64,000 bases of DNA, taken from the NCBI GenBank assembly GCA_963664825.1, contig OY761614.1, positions 1,792,001 through 1,856,000 on the forward strand, written 5' to 3'. The translations under genes were made by a program, and so were the position numbers. Within the stretch, counting starts at the first letter, position 1. Every line of letters starts with the position of its first letter. This DNA comes from an uncultured Holophaga sp. (GTDB taxonomy: Bacteria; Acidobacteriota; Holophagae; Holophagales; Holophagaceae). Positions 57,784 to 64,000 of the stretch are shown in pieces. The notes below the pieces were generated by a model. It made no database searches. It saw nothing but the letters and a program-made list of their open reading frames with translations, and was not told the origin of the DNA.

Positions 57784-58680
57784 GTGGAACTGCGCCATCT
57801 CCGCTACTTCGTGGCCGTGGCCGAAGAACTCCACTTCAGCCGGGCCGCCGCTCGCCTCCACATGGCCCAGCCTCCCTTGAGCCAGCAGATCCGGCACCTG
57901 GAGGAAGAACTGGGCCTCCCACTGCTGACCCGCACCAAGCGCCGGGTGGAATTGACCGAACCCGGCCGCCAGTTCCTGCTCTCCGCCCGGGAGATCCTCG
58001 CCCTGACCGAGCGCGCCATCGCCCAGGTCCAGCGCGCGGCCCGGGGGGAGACGGGCCAGATCACCATCGGTCTGGTGAGCTCGGTGGCCTACGAAGATAC
58101 CCTCCCCAGGCTGCTGCGGGCCTACCGGGAGCGCTATCCCGATGTCGCCATCACGCTTCTGGAAATGAGCACGGGCGAACAGCTTGCGGCGCTTCGGGAG
58201 GACCGGATCCAGATCGGATTCCTGCGCCCGCCCATCCAGGAACCGGACCTCACCATCACGACGCTCCTGCGGGAACCCCTGGTGGCGGTGCTCCCCGCGG
58301 CCCACCCCCTGGCGGCCAAGCGGTGCATCCCCCTGGAGGCCCTGGCCGAGGACCCCTTCATCATGATTTCCCATAGTCATGGCCTCGGGATCCTGGACCT
58401 GGTGATGGGGGCCTGCCTGAGGGCCGGGTTCACTCCTCGGATCTCCCAGGAGGCCAAGGAGATCCAGACCGTCGTGGGGTTCGTCGCGGCCGGTTTCGGC
58501 GTCTCCCTGCTGCCGGCGACGGTGCGCAAACTGAGGCATAGCGGCGTCGCCTATCTGACCCTTGATCCGCCAGAGGTGCAGATCGAGATCGCCGCGGCCC
58601 ACAGGAGCCAGGATTCCTCTCCGCTGCTCACGGCCTTCCTGGCCGTCCTGGGGGAGATGAGGCCCCGGGCCCAGGCCTGA
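57784..58680 (+). CDS. LysR-family regulator, divergent from MFS gene
   Basis: ELRHLRYFVAVAEELHFSRAAARLHMAQPPLSQQI. Confidence 0.93.
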   Translation: MELRHLRYFVAVAEELHFSRAAARLHMAQPPLSQQIRHLEEELGLPLLTRTKRRVELTEPGRQFLLSAREILALTERAIAQVQRAARGETGQITIGLVSSVAYEDTLPRLLRAYRERYPDVAITLLEMSTGEQLAALREDRIQIGFLRPPIQEPDLTITTLLREPLVAVLPAAHPLAAKRCIPLEALAEDPFIMISHSHGLGILDLVMGACLRAGFTPRISQEAKEIQTVVGFVAAGFGVSLLPATVRKLRHSGVAYLTLDPPEVQIEIAAAHRSQDSSPLLTAFLAVLGEMRPRAQA

Positions 58681-58693
58681 AGACCCCTCGCTG

Positions 58694-59590
58694 CTACTTC
58701 AGGAAGAAGAGGCCTGCGGCGCCAACCAGGGTGATGAACGTGCCCAGGATGGCCCTGGGGCTGATCCGCTCCTTGAAGGCGAAAGCGGAGAGGGGCAGGA
58801 GGATCACCGGGGAGAGGGACATCAGGGTCGAGGCCACCCCCAGGGACTTCGCATGGCTGATGGCGTAGAGGGAGAGCACCACCCCCAGCACGGGACCTGT
58901 GAGGGCTCCGAGTGTGATGAGCGAGAAGGCCCGGCGGTCCTTGAGGCGCAGGATGTTCTCCCGCATTTGGCCCCGGAGGAAGAGCCATATGGAAAGGGCG
59001 AGGGTGCCGGCGCCCACCCGGATCAGGTTGGCGGAGATGGGGCTGAAGCCATCCGCCAGGCCGTATTTGGAGAGCAGGAACCCGATGGCCTGCCCCAGGG
59101 CGCCGCCGAGGGCCAGGAGGACTCCCAGCACCAGCTTGCGGGGGCGATCATCGGCCACCGAGGAATGATCGGCCACCACCAGCGCGATGCCGCCCAGGGT
59201 CGCGATCATGGCCAGGATGCGGAGCGGGCTCATGGTCTGGCCGAGGAAGGCCCAGGCGAGAAGGGCGGCCAGGATCGGCCACAGCGTCATGATCAGCATG
59301 GTCAGCCGCGGCCCCAGAAGCACGAAGGCCTCGAAGAGGACGGCATCTCCCAGGGCGAATCCGATGAGGCCCGAGATTCCCAGCACACCGAGCCTCCAGG
59401 CCTCGATCTGGGGCCAGAGGCTGCCGGAGGTGACCAGGTGCAGCGCCAGCATGGCGGCCAGGGCGATCCATAGGCGCACCAGGTTCACGGTGGCGCTGCC
59501 CACGCGACGGCCGGCGATGGTGAAGCAGACCGAATTGGCCGACCAGCACAGGGCTGTGAGGAGGGAGGCGAGTTCGCCCAGGTATGGCAT
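58694..59590 (-). CDS. DMT/EamA-family transporter
   Basis: Two EamA repeats, about 10 TM helices, SGLIGFALGD. Confidence 0.85.
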   Translation of the reverse strand: MPYLGELASLLTALCWSANSVCFTIAGRRVGSATVNLVRLWIALAAMLALHLVTSGSLWPQIEAWRLGVLGISGLIGFALGDAVLFEAFVLLGPRLTMLIMTLWPILAALLAWAFLGQTMSPLRILAMIATLGGIALVVADHSSVADDRPRKLVLGVLLALGGALGQAIGFLLSKYGLADGFSPISANLIRVGAGTLALSIWLFLRGQMRENILRLKDRRAFSLITLGALTGPVLGVVLSLYAISHAKSLGVASTLMSLSPVILLPLSAFAFKERISPRAILGTFITLVGAAGLFFLK

Positions 59591-59732
59591 GGGGCTCCAG
59601 CAAAAGACGAAGCCTCATCTTACGAGGATCAGGCCTCTGGAACCATGTGCAGCCCTCCGGGGCCTCCTTCTGGCATCCTAGAAGAGGACCCTGCAGATCT
59701 GGGTGAATGGATTTCCCGGATGGTTGGTCTGC

Positions 59733-60107
59733 ATGCTTACCCCTTTCTCGGAGCCTTCCTTGAACCACGCAGCCGAAGACGCAACGCCCGCCGAAACCCA
59801 GATCACCGGGACCGTCGCCGAACTCATCGCCCTGGCTGCGGCCATGGCGGCCAATAACGAAGAGGCCTTCCAGGGCCACTACGCCCACCTGTGCAAGCTG
59901 GGCGCGGCGCGGGAGGACATGATCCAGGCCGTCAATATCGCCCTTCAGGTGAAGATGGCCCCCCATCGGGCCCTGGTGGAGATGGCCGAGCACTACCTGG
60001 TGGGCGAGGAGACCGGGGGCTGCTGCGGCGGCGGGGAATGCAGCTGCGAAGGCGAAGGCGGCGAATGCGGGTGTGAAGGCGAGGAGGGCGGCTGCGGCTG
60101 CCACTGA
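59733..60107 (+). CDS. CMD/AhpD-like protein lacking CxxC, with Cys/Gly/Glu-rich tail
   Basis: 'ELIALAAAMA..N....H....KLG..REDM..AV' pattern; tail GGCCGGGECSCEGEGGECGCEGEEGGCGCH. Confidence 0.7.
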   Translation: MLTPFSEPSLNHAAEDATPAETQITGTVAELIALAAAMAANNEEAFQGHYAHLCKLGAAREDMIQAVNIALQVKMAPHRALVEMAEHYLVGEETGGCCGGGECSCEGEGGECGCEGEEGGCGCH

Positions 60108-60115
60108 GCGGAACC

Positions 60116-60158
60116 CCTTAGCTAAGGCCCCCTGCGTGCACGGGGGCCCTAGCTAAGG
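60116..60158. terminator. Long hairpin between convergent genes
   Basis: CCTTAGCTAaGGCCCCC...GGGGGCCcTAGCTAAGG. Confidence 0.6.
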
Positions 60159-60186
60159 AACCAGGAAAGCGGCGCGGTGACGGGCC

Positions 60187-60840
60187 CTACTCCTTGGGGA
60201 AGGGTATGAGAGCCGTGCCCGGTTTCGGAGTCGGGGCGGGAGTGCCGAGGAAGATGAACTGGGGGAGAAGACTCAGCCAGGGCAGGGACCAGGCATTGGA
60301 GGCTCGACCGGTCCCGTCGGGGCCCTGCTGAACGATCAGCTGGTCCGGGAGAAACTGGAGATCGAGGCCTGTGCCCCCGGGTAGCGGCAGATAGGCCACC
60401 CGGGACGTGGCTGGGTGCAGCACCGTGAGGAGGCGCTCCTCGTCATCGATAATCCAAAGGGTTCCCCTGAGGCCGGGCCTGAAGTCCGCCTGGCCCAGGG
60501 GGAGGGCGCCCAGGCCCGTGCGGAGGGGCGTCTCGGCGGGGAAGTTCCAGGTGCCAGAGGTGCCGGGGAGGGGGTGTCCTCCATCCCTCCAGAGGCGCTT
60601 GGGGCGGCCGGGCAGCCCCGTGCGGAGCAAGATGATGCCCTTGGCGTCCACCACCTTCAGGGCTCCATCCGGGTCCAGACTCACCCGGAGCGACCCTTCC
60701 TGCGGGCGCTCCGGGAGAGGGGGGCGTTCCTCGGCAGGGATGGCGCACCAGGGCAGGTTCGGGGTCTTGTCCCAGGACAGGCTCCGGGGGGATTGGGCCG
60801 CCAGGGTGGCGGTGATCAGAAAGAGGGGGCCCAGCCGCAC
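60187..60840 (-). CDS. Exported hypothetical protein
   Basis: Signal peptide-like N-terminus; overlaps tatD 3' end. Confidence 0.55.
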   Translation of the reverse strand: MRLGPLFLITATLAAQSPRSLSWDKTPNLPWCAIPAEERPPLPERPQEGSLRVSLDPDGALKVVDAKGIILLRTGLPGRPKRLWRDGGHPLPGTSGTWNFPAETPLRTGLGALPLGQADFRPGLRGTLWIIDDEERLLTVLHPATSRVAYLPLPGGTGLDLQFLPDQLIVQQGPDGTGRASNAWSLPWLSLLPQFIFLGTPAPTPKPGTALIPFPKE

Positions 60841-61595
60841 AGTTCCTCCAGATTTTGGGTGGTCCGCGTGGCCAGCTCCGGGATTCCGATCCCCCTCAAC
60901 TGGGCCAGTTGTGCGGCCACGAAGGTGACGAAGGCGGGCTCGTTGGTCTGGCCTCGATGGGGCACGGGGGCCAGGTAGGGGGAGTCCGTCTCCACCAGGA
61001 TCCGGTCCCCAGGTGCCCAGGCCGCCACTTCCCGGATGGCCTCGGCCTTCTTGAAGGTGAGAATGCCGGAGAAACTGAGGTAGAAGCCCAGGTCCAGGGC
61101 CCGCCGGGCGAAGGCTAGGTTCTCAGAGAAACAGTGGATGATGCCCCGGACGGCCTCGGCTCCTTCCTCTTCCAGAATGCGAAGGGTCTCCTCCGGAGCC
61201 TGGCGGGTATGGATCATGAGGGGCTTGCCGATGTCCTTGGCCAGGCGGATCTGTTCCCGGAAGACGGATTCCTGGGTCTCCCGGGGACTGAGATCGTAGT
61301 GCCAGTCCAGGCCCGTTTCCCCCACGAAACGCACGGCAGGATCCCGCAGCAGCCCTTCCAGGGCCGGGCCCGTTCCAAGGTCCCAGGTCTTGGCCTCATG
61401 AGGGTGGACCCCCAGGCAGGCCTGGATATTGGGCGTATTGTGGGCCAATTCCAGCACCTTCCGGGAATCCTCCAGATCGGTAGCCACGGCCACGAAACCG
61501 CCCACTCCCGCGCGGTGCGCACGGTCCAGGGTGGCCTCAAGGTTTTGTTCTTCCAGATGGCTGCCGAGAAGATGACAGTGAGCATCCACGAGCAT
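60816..61595 (-). CDS. tatD: TatD-family DNase
   Basis: DAHCHL, GVHPH, GETGLD, IHTR, IHCFS, ETDSPYLAP, NEP. Confidence 0.93.
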   Translation of the reverse strand: MLVDAHCHLLGSHLEEQNLEATLDRAHRAGVGGFVAVATDLEDSRKVLELAHNTPNIQACLGVHPHEAKTWDLGTGPALEGLLRDPAVRFVGETGLDWHYDLSPRETQESVFREQIRLAKDIGKPLMIHTRQAPEETLRILEEEGAEAVRGIIHCFSENLAFARRALDLGFYLSFSGILTFKKAEAIREVAAWAPGDRILVETDSPYLAPVPHRGQTNEPAFVTFVAAQLAQLRGIGIPELATRTTQNLEELCGWAPSF

Positions 61596-61675
61596 GTTCG
61601 ACTCCTCCATCATGTTGGCACGGGGAAGGTCCACCCTTGGCGCACAAGTCGGCTACCTTAGGAACTGAGCTTTAT

Positions 61676-64000
61676 ATGAACCACATGCTGGGTCGATTCC
61701 TTGGCTTGGGCCGTACCTGCGGCAGAGCCTGGCTCCTGGTCGGGTTCATCGCTGGGTGGGCGGCCTCCTTCCTGGGCGCCCAGCCCCTGGCTTTCAGGCA
61801 TTTCGATGATCGGGACGGCCTTCCCCAGAGCCAGGTGAACACCATCCTGGAGGACCGGGACGGCTTCCTCTGGATGGGCACCGTCGAAGGACTCGCACGT
61901 CTCGGAGCCTCCGGTTTTCGGGCCTATCGGGCCCAGGATGGATTGCGGCCGACCGATGTGACCTGCCTGATGCAGGACCGCCATGGCAGCATCTGGGTGG
62001 GGGGTGCGGAAAACGGGGTCGCGGAAATCCGGGGGAGCCGCATTCGGAACTTCGGCAAGGCCGATGGCCTGGATGTTACCAACGTCTATTCCCTCCTGGA
62101 ACGCTCAAACGGGGAAATCCTCGCCGGGGCGCGGCAGGGGCTTTTCCGCAAGAAGGGGGACCGCTTCGAGCGTGTGGAATTGCCAGATCCCTGGAAATAC
62201 CTTCCTGTCTTTACCCTGGCGGAAGATCCCCAAGGAAGGGTCTGGATGGGCTCGCGCAAGGGGAACCTTTTATGCTGGGATGGGAAGGCCGTCCAGAAGG
62301 CCGTCCTGCCCCCCTCGGTCGCCGAAAAAAGCATCATCGGGCTCGTGCGGGATCCGGAGGGTCATCTCTGGGCTTTGTCTCCGGTGGCCCTGCTCCGTCA
62401 GGACAGCAAGGGGCTCTGGGCTCCCCATCCATTGCCCGCCCAGGCCCGCCAAGCTCTTCTTTCCAATCTGTCTTTTTCCCCGGATGGAGAAATGCTACTG
62501 GCCATGGGCACGGATGGCCTTCTATCTCAGGATCGCCAAGGGTCCTTCCGGATCATGACCTATCGGGAGGGCCTGCCCCGGGAGGGCATCCTGACCGCGA
62601 TAAGAGACCGGCGGGGGGTTCTGTGGATCGGTTCGGATGGCAGCGATGTCCTGGCCCAGGTCATTCCCAATCTGCGGGCCCTTGATTACGATCCCGAGAC
62701 CGGTGTGGGGCTCAGTCTGGGCACGATCACCTCTTTCCTGGAGTTGTCGCCTGACCGCGTCCTGTTAGGGGGGCCTCGGGGCCTGTTTCTGTGGGTGAAT
62801 GGAAAGGGGGTAGTGGGGCGCTGGCAGAGTGCGAAGGGCTCATTGGCTCTGGATGTCTGGTGCCTCGTTGCCGATTCCCGGGATGGGGTCTGGGTGGGCA
62901 CGACCAAGGGGTTGTTCCGCTGGAAGGATGGCCGCATCCAGGCCGGGTGCGCCCCGTTGCGCAATATCTCCATTGCGTCCCTGCTCCTCCATGGGGGCCG
63001 ACTATGGGCCTGCACGCTGGGGGAGGGACTGGCCGAACTGAGCCCCGAGGGGCGTCTCATCGCCCTGCACGCGCTCCCCCAAGAAGTGGGGAAGGGGGAT
63101 GTGCCCAAGGTCCTGCCCTGGGACGGGCCGATGGGGCCCGGCCTCCTGGTCGCCACCACGGTGGGCGTCTATGAGTTCCGGGTGGAAGGCGGTCGCGGGC
63201 GCTTCGAACGCGCCCTCAAGGGGACGCCCGTCCACCAGGCCAATATCGTCACCTTGTCCCAGGAACCCTCGGGGCGACTCTGGGTCTCCACCAGTGATGG
63301 CCTCTACGGGTTCGACAAGGGAAAGTCCGAGAATCCCATTCATTTGGGCCCCCAGGAGGCCGGGATCCAGGGAACCCCCAGTTGGGCCTTCCGCCTTCCC
63401 ACGGGCCAGTTGGCCGTGGGCCACGCCAGGGGCGTCTCCATCATCGGAGGCCTTTCGGTCGTGTCTCTCACGAAAAATACGGGGCTGCTTTCCGACGAGA
63501 CCACCACCGATGCGGCGATGTTGGATAGCCGCCAGAGGTTGTGGATTGGAATGAAGGGGGGGGCTTGCGTCCTGGATACCCACCAGCCCTTCAAGGATGC
63601 CTTCCTGCCCAAGCCCAAGGTCCTGGAGGCCGCCTGGGGGAGTGAATCCCGCTGGCTTCCCGATCGCGTGGAGCTGCCCCCCAGGCCCGGGACCCTGTAC
63701 CTGGTCTTCGATACGGGGCTTCCGGCCTCGCCTGGAGTGCCCAGGTACCAGGTGCTGATCGAGGGGCTCGACCCCCACTGGCGCCCCGTAGAGGCCAATG
63801 CCAATAGCATCCAGGTCGCCCAGATCGGCCCCGGGAATTACCGATTCCGCCTCCGGGCCAGTCTGGATGGGCGCCAATGGGTGGAATCCGATCCCCTGCC
63901 CATCCAGGTGCGTCCAGCCTGGTACCAGTGGCTGGTCGCACGGGTTTTCTTCGTCCTGATGGGGGCCGGCATCATCGCCCTCCTCGTCTACTGGCGCCTG
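61676..64000 (+). CDS. Beta-propeller (Reg_prop) + Y_Y_Y ligand-binding sensor, 3' truncated by window
   Basis: Read from ATG 61676: 'FRHFDDRDGLPQSQVNTILEDRDGFLWMGT' repeats, 'PGNYRFRLRA', 'PAWYQ' + TM helix at window end; absent from ORF track because it has no stop in the window. Confidence 0.85.
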   Translation, partial: MNHMLGRFLGLGRTCGRAWLLVGFIAGWAASFLGAQPLAFRHFDDRDGLPQSQVNTILEDRDGFLWMGTVEGLARLGASGFRAYRAQDGLRPTDVTCLMQDRHGSIWVGGAENGVAEIRGSRIRNFGKADGLDVTNVYSLLERSNGEILAGARQGLFRKKGDRFERVELPDPWKYLPVFTLAEDPQGRVWMGSRKGNLLCWDGKAVQKAVLPPSVAEKSIIGLVRDPEGHLWALSPVALLRQDSKGLWAPHPLPAQARQALLSNLSFSPDGEMLLAMGTDGLLSQDRQGSFRIMTYREGLPREGILTAIRDRRGVLWIGSDGSDVLAQVIPNLRALDYDPETGVGLSLGTITSFLELSPDRVLLGGPRGLFLWVNGKGVVGRWQSAKGSLALDVWCLVADSRDGVWVGTTKGLFRWKDGRIQAGCAPLRNISIASLLLHGGRLWACTLGEGLAELSPEGRLIALHALPQEVGKGDVPKVLPWDGPMGPGLLVATTVGVYEFRVEGGRGRFERALKGTPVHQANIVTLSQEPSGRLWVSTSDGLYGFDKGKSENPIHLGPQEAGIQGTPSWAFRLPTGQLAVGHARGVSIIGGLSVVSLTKNTGLLSDETTTDAAMLDSRQRLWIGMKGGACVLDTHQPFKDAFLPKPKVLEAAWGSESRWLPDRVELPPRPGTLYLVFDTGLPASPGVPRYQVLIEGLDPHWRPVEANANSIQVAQIGPGNYRFRLRASLDGRQWVESDPLPIQVRPAWYQWLVARVFFVLMGAGIIALLVYWRL

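Noticed and set aside
1..64000. CRISPR array, rRNA or intact prophage
   Set aside because: No regularly spaced repeat-spacer units, rRNA-like sequence or phage structural genes were seen

Overview
High-GC bacterial chromosome segment. Gene content suggests Holophagae (Geothrix/Holophaga-like Acidobacteriota), but that is an inference. In order, it contains: the 3' end of an aryl-polyene-type fatty acid/PKS cluster; a PAS histidine kinase; a lower-GC islet with a wHTH gene, a switch-like leader and a 47-aa ORF; a dsrC / dsrM-like / dsrK-like / SufS-type desulfurase operon with a perfect CRP-type box; kdsC and lpxB; a Ser/Thr kinase; a LytS pseudokinase + kinase + LytTR set; an OmpR-type two-component pair; a tandem duplication of an M4 peptidase (dockerin-like tail) + cohesin-like lipoprotein; an IS5 relic; prfA and rpmE; a MacAB-like ABC system; guaD and gdhA; rlmH and meaB; tRNA-Pro(TGG) carrying a 2.2-kb decayed integrative element with remains of a bacterial ubiquitination (E2 + JAB-E1) operon; menA, transporters, tatD; and a truncated beta-propeller sensor. 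Best candidates for undescribed biology are the DsrC/DsrMK/desulfurase module, the cohesin-dockerin protease module, the wHTH/RNA-switch/small-ORF islet and the Bub-like island. All family calls come from motif recognition by eye; no searches were run.
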